Below are positions 23,210-37,224 of a stretch of 64,000 nt of DNA, one piece after another. The notes beneath the pieces were generated by a model. That model was not told the DNA's origin. It ran no database searches and saw only the letters and a list, made by a program, of their open reading frames with translations. Source of the stretch: Octopus sinensis (Eukaryota). Made by a program: the position numbers and the translations under genes. Location: the NCBI RefSeq assembly GCF_006345805.1, contig NC_043009.1:18786001-18850000 (forward strand), written 5' to 3'. How positions within the stretch are numbered: position 1 is the first letter of the stretch; each line of letters begins with the position of its first letter.

Positions 23210-26070
23210 CTAGTTTCAGCTCATGAGCTGTGGCCATGCTGGGGCACCGCCATTTGGTGTTGCTACTTGGTTTTACTTCACGAAAGCTTTTTAGCAACTG
23301 CCATTTGGTGCATGAGAGAGTTCGATGCAGCTGCCCTCATCTGCCCCTCCTGCCGTGAAGTTGGTTCATCTGGGACACCTGACAGGAAGAGATCCAGCTC
23401 CATTTTAAAGACATCTGTATCCACCCCATGCAGGTCTCTCAGGTTCATCGGGAGGATATTGAAGAGCTGTGGGCCTCGGAAGCCTAGGCTATCACAGTAT
23501 CTTGCCCTACATCTTGATGGCAAATTTGGAGTCCTAGGCACCACGCAGTGGCGCCCAGTTCTGGCATTTGTGTAACTCTCGATGCCAAAGTTTGGGACAC
23601 GTCCCTCCAGGATCTTCCAGATGTATATTATGGCATATCTTTCTCGCCTACGCTCCAAGGAATATAGTTTTAATCTCTTGAGTCTTTCCCAGTAGCTTAC
23701 ATTCTGCATAGAGGCTATCTTCTTCGTGTAGCTACGCTGGATCGCCTCGAGCTCTGTGATCAACTTGACACTGGATGGTGACCATAACTGAGAGCAATAG
23801 TCAAAGTGGCTTAGGACAAGTGTCCTCCAGAGGGCCATCATGAGAATCCATCCAGCCAGCCGTCTACATTTTATTGCCAGTTTAGCAACATGTACATGAA
23901 AGGTCGCGTCATCACTTATGTGAATACCCAGGTCACGCACTGATTGTGCCTCTGGGATTGCAATCCCTCCGGGTCCAGTGTATTCATTGGGTGTTGCATT
24001 CAGTTTTGCATGCTGATAGTATAAAGCTTGAAACTTTTCAGCATTGAACTGCATGCTATTCTTTTCAGCCCACTTGTATATTTCGTCCAGCTCACATTGC
24101 AGGTGCTTAGTGTCTTCAGGTTCTGTATTGCCTGTGAAACTTTTGTATCATCTGCATAACTTGTGACCGTGGCTCTCTGCGCGGCTGAGGGCATGTCTGA
24201 GAGGCCATTATGAACAGTTGTGGTCCCAAAACAGTGCCCTGCGGAACACACGCTCACTATTTGTGTGTTAGGAAGCTGCTACCACCTGACTTCTATTCTT
24301 CAGAAAGTCATGAAGCCATTCTCCCAATTTTCCAACTATGCCAAGATCACGCAGTTTGTGACATATCATTCCATGATCGACTTTATCAAAGGCCTTTGCA
24401 AAGTCGAGATATATGACTTCCACATTTGAGTGGTTGAGCAGTTGTTTCAGCACCAGTCATAGTGTTGTAGGAGCTGAGTTAAACAGCTTCTTCCTGTCGG
24501 AAACCATGTTGGGTGTCAGGCACAAGTCATTTTCTTCAAGGAAGGTGATTAGTTTCCTTCTGACTATTCGTTCCATGACCTTGCTGATGTGTGAGGTGAG
24601 AGAGATAGGTCTATAGTTCTTGGCCTCTGCTCTGCTACCACCTTTATGAATAGGGCATATTTTACTTTCCTTCAGTTTTTTTGGAAGTTTGCCAGCTGCA
24701 TGGAAGCTCTGAAAGAGGATCTGCAGTGGTCTTGCTAGGACTCTCTTACATGCTTTTAGGAGGATTGCCGGGAATCCATCGGGGCCAATAGCTGATTCTG
24801 TTTTCATTTCATCTATGGCCTTTATTACATCGTCTTCCTTTATATCGATGTAATTTATCGTCGCCGCCTCTGATTTTATATCTGCAGTGGTAAAGAAGTC
24901 AGTTGGATTGGTGATTTGGAAATGCCCGAGGAGTGGAGTGAAAACACTCTTGAATTGCTCATTCAGTATTTCACTTACCCTCATTGGTTTTCCTGTGAGT
25001 GTGCCATCCTTTTCAAGGAGTGGCCCTATCCTACTGTGCACCGTAGCTGTTTCTTTGGCATACCTGTAGAAAGCTCTGGGGTTAGATTTTATGTTGTCTA
25101 TAGCCCAGGCTTCTTTGTCTGCTCTTTCCTTTTCATGGAGAGTTGCAGACATTTTTCAATTTCCAACATTTTATTTTCAGGCGGGACTTTTCACTGCTTT
25201 CAATCTGTTTGTTTAGAGGCGATTTGAAATTTTTGTGCGCCGTCTCATTAAGATTTCCTCTCTCTGGGGATTTTGTTCTTGTGTACAGTGGCCTTTCTCT
25301 CTGGGACACATTTGTAGCATATGGCTTGCGTTACAGACATGAATTGTTGAAGTTTCACGTCGATGTCTGGCGAGGAGAGACATTTAGGCCAGTTTTGTTT
25401 GAGGATCTCTTTCTGAATTTGTTTCCAGTTTGCCTTATGGTAGTTCAAGCTGGAAAGATTCTGAGGGTTTCTTGTAGGCTGCATGTCCGTGCTCTGTTTT
25501 GGCCCGTACATGGTCAGCTCTACCATGTTATGATCCGAGAGTAGTGTCGGTGTCACTTTCACATTATGGATGATATCCATATTATTTGTGAAGCAGAGAT
25601 CTTGTCATTCCTGGGAGAGAAAGGCCCTCGGGCCATCTGACATTGGGTAGATTGAAGTCTCCCATAAGAAGTACACTTATGTGTTGTTCTAATGTGATTA
25701 GAACTTCTTCTATTTTTATAAGGCAGTCTTCAAACTTGCCCACATGGTTTGGGGCATCTGGAGGGCGATATGTAGCACACACAACTACATCAAGTTGCCT
25801 TATATGTACAATTAGTGTGTCACACACCGAGTTTGAGTATGACAAGAGGACCTGTGGTGTGAGGTCCTCACGGATGTACATAGCAACTCCTCCATGACTC
25901 CTTTCTTTTCTGTCGGTCCGTAGTACAACATACTGTGGTATGTGTAACTCCGCATCTGCTATGTCCGGTTTCAGGTGCGTTTCCGTAAGTGCTATGCATA
26001 AGGCTTGATTGCATGCAACAAAGTCTCTCAAGAACGGGATTTTTGTCCTGTTACTGAGTGGTTGCAGTCC
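23178..26070 (-). mobile_element. CR1-group LINE, near-complete ORF2 (APE endonuclease + RT), frameshifted
   Basis: ALTETHL, GGVAMYI, LMGDFNLP, NYRPISLTS, YLDFAKAFDKVDH, YADDTK, YCSQLWSP, RGPQLFNILP; 3' stem-loop tail followed by (CAAT)n. Confidence 0.93.
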
Positions 26071-26703
26071 TCTGATACATATATATATATATATATATTT
26101 ATAAATATATATATATTTTATACATATATATATATTTATACATTATATATATATTTATACATATATATATATTTATACATATATATATATATATTTATAC
26201 ATATATATATATTATACATATATATATATATATATTTATACATATATATTATATATTTATACATATATATATATATATACTTATACATATATATATATAT
26301 ATATTTATACATATAATATATATATATATATTTATACATATATATATATTTATACATATATATATATATAGATATTTATACATATATATATATATATATA
26401 TATTTATACATATATATATATATATATATTTATACATATATATATATATATATATTTATACATATATATATATATTTATACATATATTTATACATATATA
26501 TATATATTTATACATATATATATATATTTATACATATATATATATTTATACATATATATATATATTATACATATGTACATATATATATATATTTATACAC
26601 ATATATATATATATTTATACATATATATATATATATATTTTATACATATATATATATATTTATACATATATATATATTTATACATATATATATATATATA
26701 TAT

Positions 26704-26799
<96 letters not shown>

Positions 26800-26802
<3 letters not shown>

Positions 26803-26963
26803 AAATGGAAAGATGAATTATCTTGTTACGGATTATTCAAAAGTTTAACCGATACCTGGGTAGCAGGTTTTGGAAAATTGTCGCCTTTGAAACATGTGTA
26901 GAATGTAATAAAAAGGATTCCTGTACAATCTTCGTTCAACTCCATTTCTTCCATTCACTAATT
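26800..26963 (+). repeat. Fragment homologous to the pLTR terminus of the 16206 element (degenerate hammerhead 3' half)
   Basis: GAAACATGTGTAGAATGTAATAAAAAGGATTCCTGTACAATC aligns with 18766-18840. Confidence 0.6.
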
Positions 26964-27315
26964 ATATATATAATATATATATATTAATATATACATATAT
27001 ATATATATATATTTATACAAATATATATATATATATTTATACATATATATTATATATATATATATTATATATATATATATATATATATTTATACATAATA
27101 TATATATATATTTATACATATATATATATATATATTTATACATATATATATATATTTATACATATATATATATATTTATACATATATATATATATATATT
27201 TATACATATATATATATATATTTATACATATATATATATATATTTATACATATATATATATATATATTTATACATATATATATATATATATTTATACATA
27301 TATATATTATATATT

Positions 27316-27347
<32 letters not shown>

Positions 27348-27404
27348 TATATAATATATATATTTATACATATATATATTATATATTTATACATATATAT
27401 ATAT

Positions 27405-27440
<36 letters not shown>

Positions 27441-27482
27441 TCATATATATATATACATATATATATATACATATATATATAT

Positions 27483-27532
<50 letters not shown>

Positions 27533-27845
27533 CTTATATACATATATATATATATTTTATACATATATATATATATTTATACATATATATATATATTATA
27601 CATATATATATATAATATATATTATATAATATATATATATATATATATATAATATATATAACGCGAAGCTTTATGAAAATAGACAAAAGACGAAGGCAGG
27701 TTTACGGAAATAAACAAAAGACGAAGGCAGTGGAATACAAACAAACAATTGTATTAGTATGGCGCTCAGGAAATATAAATAAAACAAGTCTTTAACGTTT
27801 CGAGCCTACGCTCTTCAACAGAAAGATACACATGTATATATATAT

Positions 27846-27880
<35 letters not shown>

Positions 27881-27989
27881 TTATACATATATATATATAT
27901 ATTTATACATATATATATATATATATATATTTATACGTATAAATTAAAAGAGGGGGTAATATGCCCTATCCATAAGGGAGGTAGCAGAG

Positions 27990-29445
27990 CAGATGCTAAA
28001 AATTATAGGCCTATCTCTCTGACCTCACACATCAGCAAAGTCATGGAACGAATAGTCCGTAAGAAACTAATCATTTCCTTGAAGAAAATGACTTGCTGTC
28101 TGACACCCAGCATGGATTTCGACCAGGTGAGGCTGCCTAATACAGCTCCTGCAACACTATGACTGGGTGTTGAAACAGCTACTAAATGGCTCAAATGTGA
28201 TGTAATATATCGACTTTGCAAAGCCTTTGATAAAGTCGACCATGGTATGATCTGTCACAAACTGCGTTTCTCATAGGCGGGAAACTTGGAGAGTGGCTGC
28301 ACAACTTCCTAAAAGACAGAAAACAGGCATTTGTGAGCAATGGAGCCACCTCCAAGGAAACGCAAATAACAAGCGGTGTCCCACAGGGCACTGTCTTGGG
28401 GCCACTGATGTTCATAGTGGCCCTTTCAGACATGCCTTCAGTTCCTACGATGACCACCCTTGCAAGCTATGCAGATGACACAAAAGTCTCCCATGCAATA
28501 CAAAACCCTGAAAATATTGCGCATCTGCAACATGAGCTGGACACAATATACAGGTGGGCTGAGGACAACAACATGCAGTTTAATGCAGGTAAGTTCCAGG
28601 CCCTGCGCTACTGGCACACAAAGGTAAATGACGTGAAGACTGGATACACTGGCCCAGGAAGAATTGCAATCCCTGAGTCAAAATCAGTGCGTGACCTCGG
28701 CATTGACATGAGCAATGATGCATCTTTCCAAATGCATATTGCTAATCTGGTGATAAAATGCCAACGGCTAGCTGGATGGATTCTCCGAACTTTCAGAACA
28801 AGAGAGGAGACACTGATGGTCCTATGGAAAACATTCGTCCTCAGCCGCTTGGACTACTGCTCCCAACTTTGGTCACCACACAATATAAAACTAACAGCAG
28901 AACTCGAAGCAATTAAGAGAAGCTACACAAAGAAAATCGTCTCAATGCAAAATATCAGCTACTGGGAAAGACTGAAGGTATTAAACCTCTTCTCCCTAGA
29001 GCGGAGGCGGGAGAGATATGCGGTGATATACATCTGGAAAATCCTGGAGGGTCTTGTCCAAACTTTGGCATTCAAGTTACTCCAACCGCAGAACGGGGCG
29101 CCACTGCATGGTGCCAAGGATTCCAACATCACCATCAAAATACAGGTCCAGATACTGCAACAGCTTGGGTTTCAGAGGACCACAGCTCTTTAACATCCTC
29201 CCTAAATGTCTGAGAGACTTACATGGTGTGGATGTGGGTTTCTTTAAACTAAACTGGATCTCATCTTGTTGGGAGTTCCAGATGAGCCTACCTCACACAG
29301 GAGACTCGGATGCGGGCAGCAGCATCGAACTCCCTTGTTGATCAAGTGCCACGTATCAGAGGTGATTCACAAATTAGTGTAGCTCATTCAGCAGTGGTGC
29401 CCCAGCATGGCCGCGGCATTCGGGCTAAAACATTTTAAGGATTTA
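27990..29445 (+). mobile_element. 5'-truncated CR1-group LINE RT
   Basis: ITSGVPQGTVLGPL, ASYADDTK, YCSQLWSP, LERRRERY; the shared 3' tail lies at 29394-29431. Confidence 0.93.
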
Positions 29446-29611
29446 AGGATATATATATATATTATACATATATATATATATATATTTATACATATATATA
29501 TATAATATATATTTATACATATATATATATATAATTTATACATATATATATATATATATATTTATTACTATATTATATATATATATTTATACATATATAT
29601 ATATATATTTA

Positions 29612-29645
<34 letters not shown>

Positions 29646-30139
29646 CATATATATATATATTTATGCATATATATATATATTTATACATATATATATATAT
29701 ATATATATATAATATTTATACATATAAATATATATATATATTTATACATATATATATATATTTATACATATTATATATATATTTATACATATATATATAT
29801 ATATATTTATACATATATATATATATATTTATACATATATATATATTTATACATATATATATATATATTTATATTATATATATATATATATATAGTATAT
29901 ATATATTATACATATATATATATATAATATATATATATATATACATATATATATTTATACATATATATATATATATTTATACATATATAATATATATATA
30001 TATTATATATATATATAATTATATATATATATATTATTTATACATATATATATATATATTTATACATCTATATATATATATTTATACATATATATATATA
30101 TTTATACATATATATATATTAGATATTTATACATATATA

Positions 30140-30860
30140 TAACAAAGTTGTTGTGGGGTATCGCACGAGTGGAATTATATACGAAAGAAGGTTTGAAAAT
30201 GCAATTTAAAAGATGTTTATTTACTTAACCGGTTTCACTCTTTGGTAAAAGATTGTCAAAAGTAACATTGAATATTACGGGTTCAAAAAAGTTTTTTTAC
30301 ATAATTGTCACATTGAATATTATGAATTCAAAAATGTTTTTTTATACATAATTGTCACATTAGATGTATAAATATAGTGTTTGGTAACAGAGATATGTTA
30401 AGGGCATAAAGACGTTCAATAGTGTGATGAGAATATTTGGAAAAATTGGCAGAAAGAATAAAACAAATATATTATTGGAAATTTGGTTGCGTTAATTATT
30501 GGTTGTCGCAAATTGTCAAATTACATGTATATATATACAGTCTTTGGTAGAAAGGACATGTTAAAGACATAAGGAAGTGCAATAGTTTGGTGAGAAAATT
30601 TGTAATATTGACAGAAAAAATTAAGATGGATATTTTATACATCTCAGAATATTTTGAATTGAAGGCGAGAATTTGTTTTTACTGACCTGTTCGCTTTAGC
30701 AGAAAAGTTGAATTGAGAGAAAAATATGTGTACCCAGTTTTGTTTATGGTTCCCCTTCAAGCATCAATGATTTTGGGGTTATTGGGATGTGAGTATGCGG
30801 GTGTGAATAGATGTGTCCCTGTGCCTGCGGTATTTGGTCAGACGGCGTCTGTTTGTCACA
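30140..30860 (-). mobile_element. Probable Penelope 3' end/pLTR fragment
   Basis: Embedded in TA/CA arrays; carries a degenerate hammerhead-like motif at 30221-30265 (GAAACCGGUUA). Confidence 0.35.
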
Positions 30861-31328
30861 CACATATACACACACACACAAGACACACACATAGTATACA
30901 AACACACACCACACACACACACAGAACACACACATACACAACGCACCCACATATATAATATACACACACAGCACACAAATATAACATGTATTTATATATA
31001 ATATACACACATATATAACACACATACACACACAACACACACACACACACACACACAACACAGGCACACATACATACATAATATAAATATCACACAAATA
31101 CACCTAGCAAATATATACATACAATACACATACACAGCATGTATATAATACACATACACAATATATGCATGCAATATACATACACAATACATACATATAA
31201 TATATATATATATAGACAATGCATATACATATATACATATAAATAGTGTTTACATACACATACATAAATATACCACATATACACACAATATACATACATA
31301 CAATGTATACATATACACGTACGCATAC

Positions 31329-31361
<33 letters not shown>

Positions 31362-32359
31362 AACATACACAATGCATACATATATATACATGCAATGTAT
31401 ATACATGTATTCATGCATATATAACACACCTACAATATACATATATACAATGCACACATACACACACATATACACTTAATTGTACACATACATATACAAT
31501 ACACATACATACAATATACATATACACAATGCGCATGCAAATAATGCACATGTTTATACACACATATACATGCAAATATATATACACACACACATACACA
31601 CACACATACATACACATATATATATATACATATATATATATATACATATATACATGTACATATATATATTTTCACACATATATACACACATATATATATA
31701 TATATATAAAATTTACACACACACAAAATACAAACCTATAGCGTACACACTCAAATATATCTCTACATACCGCACACACACACAAACAATGTACTCACAT
31801 ATACACACATACCATGCATATACACACACAACACACACACATATATATATATATAAAAAACAAATACACATGTAAATACATACACACGTACACAATGCAC
31901 ACACACACACACACACGCACACACACACATATACACACGCGCACACACAACACACACGCACACAGTGCACACACACATATATACACACGCGCACACACAC
32001 ACACACAACGCGCGCACACACACACACACACACTACACTCATACATATACATATTATATATATTTATACATACATATATATATTTATACATACATATATA
32101 TTATTTATACAATATATATATATATATATTTATACATATATATATATAATATATTTTATACATATTTATACATAATATACATATTATATATTTTATACAT
32201 ATATAATATATATATTTATACATATAATATATATATATATTTATACATATAATATATATTTATACATATTATATATTTATACATATATATATATATATAT
32301 ATTTATACACATATATATAATAATATATATATATATATATATTTATAGGTATAATATTT

Positions 32360-32406
<47 letters not shown>

Positions 32407-32492
32407 ATAATTTATACATATAATATATATATATAATATATTTATAGGTATATATTTATACATATATATATATTATACCAATATATATATAT

Positions 32493-32523
<31 letters not shown>

Positions 32524-32763
32524 TTATACATATCTATATATATTTATACATCTATATAATATATTTTATACATATATATATATATAATTATATAATATAT
32601 ATATCTCTATATATTTTATACATATATATATATATTTATACATATATATATTTTAAATACAATATATATTTATATTTATACATATATATATATATATATA
32701 GATATTATACATATATATATATATAGATATTTATACTATATTATATAATAGATATTATACATA

Positions 32764-32796
<33 letters not shown>

Positions 32797-33109
32797 ATTA
32801 TCATATATATATATATATATTTATACATATATATATATATATTTATACATCTATATATATATATATATATTTTATATATATATATATATATATATTTATA
32901 CATATATATTTATGCATATATATATACATATATATTATATGTATTTATACATATATCATCATCATCATCATCATCATCATTTAACGTCCGCTTTCCATGC
33001 TAGCATGGGTTGGACGGTTCAACTGGGGTCTGGGGAGCCCGAAAGCTGCACCAGTCCAGTCAGATCTGGATGCCCTTCCTAACGCCAACCACTCCGAGAG
33101 TGTAGTGGG

Positions 33110-35460
33110 TGATTTTATGTGCCACCGACACAGGTGCCAGACGAGGCTGGCAGACGCCCACGCTCGGATGGTGTTTTTATGTGCCACCGACACAGGTGCC
33201 AGATGAGGCTGGCCAACGGCCACGATCGGATGGTGTTTGTTACGTGCCCACAGCACGGAGGCCAGTCGATGCGGTACTGGCTACGGCCACGTTCGGATGG
33301 TTTTCTTGTGTGCCACGTGCCACCGGCACTGGTACCACAGAGATACAAATTCCATTGATGTTCATCTATTTTGATTTGTTTTGATTTTTTTTGATTTTCA
33401 CTTGCCTCAACAGGTCTTCACAAGTGTCACAAGAAGGAAGGTATGCACAGGTGGACTGACTACGTCCCAGGTAGGGGCCACAGGTTATGGCCTGACTAGT
33501 CTTGCCGGGTCTTCGGATGGTGTTTTTATGTGTCACCGACACAGGTGCCAGATGAAGCTGGCGGATGGCCACGATCGGACGGTGTTTGTTACGTGCCCAC
33601 AGCATGGAGGCCAGTCGGTGCGGTACTGGCTACGGCCACGTTCGGATGGTTTTCTTGTGTGCCACCGGCACTGGTACCACAAAGATACAATTCCATTAAT
33701 GTTCATCTATTTTGATTTGTTTTGATTTGATTTGATTTGATTTGTTTTGATTTCATTTTGATTTTCACTTGCCTCAACAGGCCTTCATAAGTATCACAAG
33801 GAGGAAGGTATGCACAGGTGGACTGACTACGTCCCAGGTAGGGGCCATGGGATATGGCCTGACTAGTCTTGCCGGGTCTTCGGATGGTGTTTTTATGTGC
33901 CACCGACACAGGTGCTAGATGAGGCTGGCGAACGCCACGATGGATGGTGTTTGTTATGTGCCCACAGCACGATGGCCAGTCGATGCGGTACTGACTACGG
34001 CCACGTTCGGATGGATTCTTGTGTGCCACAGGCACTGGTACCACAAAGATACAAATTCAATTGATGTTCATCTATTTTTTATTTGATTTGATTTTTACTT
34101 GCCTCAACAGGTCTTCACAAGTGTCACAAGAAGGAAGGTATGCACAGGTGGACTGACTAGTCTTGCCGGGTCTTCGGAAGGTGTTTTTATGTGTGCCACC
34201 GACACAGGTGCCAGATGAGGCTGGCGAACGGCCATGATCGGATGGTGTTTGTTACGTGCCCACAGCACGGAGGCCGGTCGATGCGGAACTGGCTACGGCC
34301 ACGTTCGGATGGTTCTCTTGTGTGCCACCGGCACTGGTACCACAAAGATACAAATTCCATTGATGTTCATCTATTTTGATTTGTTTTGATTTTGATTTTC
34401 ACTTGCCTCAACAGGTCTTCACAAGTCTCACAAGAAGGAAGGTATGCACAGGTGGACTGACTACGTCCCAGGTAGGGGCCATGGGTTATGGCCTGACTAG
34501 TCTTGCCGGGTCTTCGGATGGTGTTTTTATGTGCCACGACACAGGTGCTAGATGAGGCTGGCGAACGGCCACGATCGGATGGTGTTTGTCATGTGCCCAC
34601 AGCACGGAGGCCAGTCGATGCGGTACTGGCTACGGCCACTTCGGATGGTTTTCTCTTGTGTGTCACCGGCACTGGTACCACCAAAAGATACAAATTCCAT
34701 TGATGTTCATCTATTTTGATTTGTTTTGATTTTGATTTGATTTTCACTGGCCTCAACAGGCGTTCACAAGTATCACAAGGAGGAAGGTATGCACAGGTGG
34801 ACTGACTACGTCCCAGGTAGGGGCCATGGGTTATGGCCTGACTAGTCTTGCCGGGTCTTCGGATGGTGTTTTTATGTGCCACCGACACAGGTGCTAGATG
34901 GGGCTGGCGAACGGCCACGACCGGATGGTGTTTGTTATGTGCCCACAGCACGATGGCCAGTGATGCGGTACTGACTACGGCCACGTTCGGATGGATTCTT
35001 GTGTGCCACCGGCACTGGTACCACAAAGATACAAATTCCATTGATGTTCATCTATTTTGATTTGTTTTGATTTTCACTTGCCTCAACAGGTCTTCACAAG
35101 TGTCACAAGAAGGAAGGTATGTACAGGTGGACTGACTACGTCCCAGGTAGGGGCCACGGGTTATGACCTGACTAGTCTTGCCGGTCTTCGGATGGTGTTT
35201 TTATGTGCCACCATGTTCCCACAGCACGGAGGCCAGTCGATGCGGTACTGGCTACGGCCACGTTCGGATGGTTTTCTTGTGTGCCACAGGCACTGGTACC
35301 ACAAAGATACAAATTCCATTGACGTTCATCTATTTTGATTGACTTTCACTTGCCTCAGCAGGTCTTCACAAGTGTCACAAGAAGGAAGTATGCACAGGTG
35401 GATCGACTACGTCCCAGGTAGGGGCCACGGGATATGGCCTGACTAGTCCTGCCCGGTCCT
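33110..35460. repeat. Tandem array of 7 units (about 280-365 bp) derived from the RTE 3' UTR
   Basis: The marker GATACAAATTCCATTGATGTTCATC recurs near 33342, 33684, 34047, 34347, 34686, 35027 and 35305. Confidence 0.92.
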
Positions 35461-35719
35461 TCATGCACAGCACACTTCCATAGGACTCGGTCTTCAGTCA
35501 TTTCCTTGGTGAGACCTAAAGTTCGAAGGTCGTGCTTCACCACCTCGTCCCAGGTTTTCCTGGGTCTACCTCTTCCACAGGTTCCCTCAACTGCTAGGGT
35601 GTAGCACTTTTGCACACAACTATCTTCAGCCATTCTCGTCACATGACCATACCAGCGCAGCCGTCTCTCTTGCACACCACAACTGACACTTCTTAGGTTC
35701 AACTTTTCTCTCAAAGTAC

Positions 35720-37106
35720 TTACACTCTGACGATTATGAACACTGACATTACACATCCATCGAGCATACTGGCTTCATTTCTTGCAAGCTTACGCATATC
35801 CTCAGCAGTCACGGCCCATGTTTCACTACCATGTAGCATGGCTGTACGTACACACGCATCATATAGTCTGCCTTTTACTCTTAGCGAGAGGCCTTTTGTC
35901 ACCAGCAGGGGTAAGAGCTCTCTAAACTTTGCCCAGGCTATTCTTACTCTAGCAGTTACACTTTCAGCACACCCACCCCCGCTACTGACTTGGTCTCCTA
36001 GGTAGCGGAAGCTATCAACTACTTCTAGTTTGTCTCCCTGGAACGTGGTAGAAGTTGGTCTCTGCACATTTCCAGTGTTTATTGCTCCTGAGCATCTGCC
36101 ACAGACAAAAACTATTTTCTTAGTTAGCCTTCCTTTGACATTACTGCACCTCTTATGTGTCCATAGCTTACACTTGGTGCACCTTATAGAGTTTCTACCT
36201 ACACCTTTTTTACAGATCGAGCAGGGCCATCTACCTGAAGTCGTTTGTGATTGGTCCACCTTCCTACTTATTAGGACTTTGGTTTTGGCTAGGTTGATTC
36301 TAAGGCCCTTCGATTCTAATCCTTGTTTCCACACCTGAAACTTCTCCTCCAGTTCTGATAGCGACTCAGCAATTAGAGCAAGGTCATCAGCATAGAGGAG
36401 CTCCCAGGGGCATCCTGTCTTGAATTCCTCCGTTATTGCCTGGAGGACTATGATAAATAGGAGGGGACTGAGGACTGAACCTTGGTGGACCCCAACCTCT
36501 ACCCGGAATTCTTCACTGTACTCGTTGCCAACCCTCACCTTACTAGCAGCGTCTCTGTACATGGCTCGCACAGCTCTCACTAACCATTCATCTATCCCTA
36601 GTTTCCTCATTGACCACCAGATAAGGGATCGGGGGACCCTGTCAAAGGCTTTCTCCAAGTCAACAAAAGCCAGATACAAGGGCTTATCTTTGGCTAGGTA
36701 TTTCTCCTGCAGCTGTCTTACCAGGAATATAGCATCAGTAGTACTTTTCCCTGGCATGAACCCAAACTGCATATCATCTAAGCTAACTCTCTCTCTAATT
36801 AATTGGGCTATAACCCTCTCCGTAACCTTCATTACCTGATCCAGCAGCTTGATGCCCCTGTAGTTATTTGTATCTAGGGCGTCGCCTTTACCTTTGTAGC
36901 AGTTGACTATTATGCTGCTACACCAGTCATTGGGTATGACTCCTTCGTGTATCACCTGGTTTACTATACGGGTGACTAAGCTATAGTCGACACTACCAGA
37001 TATTTTGAGCATCTCTGCAGTAATTCCTGATGGGCCTTGGGCTTTCCCTGTTTTCATGCTTCTAATTGCCTTATCTACTAAGGAACTGTTAACTCGGATT
37101 GCTGGT
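35720..37106 (-). CDS. RTE reverse transcriptase domain (open frame; the annotated start lies in a microsatellite)
   Basis: All RT core motifs are in one frame; the endonuclease is absent. Confidence 0.88.
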
Positions 37107-37168
37107 CCCTCTATATATATATTTATACATATATATATATATATATATTTATACATATATATTTATGC

Positions 37169-37215
<47 letters not shown>

Positions 37216-37224
37216 CATTTTTGT

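Larger units (their letters stand above)
32957..37106 (-). mobile_element. 5'-truncated RTE-clade LINE with tandemly amplified 3' end
   Basis: ORF 35720-37156 ([44 protein letters not shown]), then RLRWYGHV...GRGRPRKTW; (ATG)n tail at 32957-32980. Confidence 0.95.

Noticed and set aside
27788-27835. Hammerhead-like motif CUGUUGAAGAGCGUAGGCUCGAAACGUUA (minus strand)
   Set aside because: It needs a substitution at an invariant core base (A6 or C3) and has a weak stem I; at best a decayed ribozyme.
30221-30265. Hammerhead-like motif with palindromic AACCGGUU
   Set aside because: The core reads UUGACAA instead of CUGANGA, so it is probably inactive.
33110-35460. CRISPR-like appearance of the repeated array
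   Set aside because: The units are contiguous 300-bp copies of an RTE 3' UTR with no unique spacers, in eukaryotic context.
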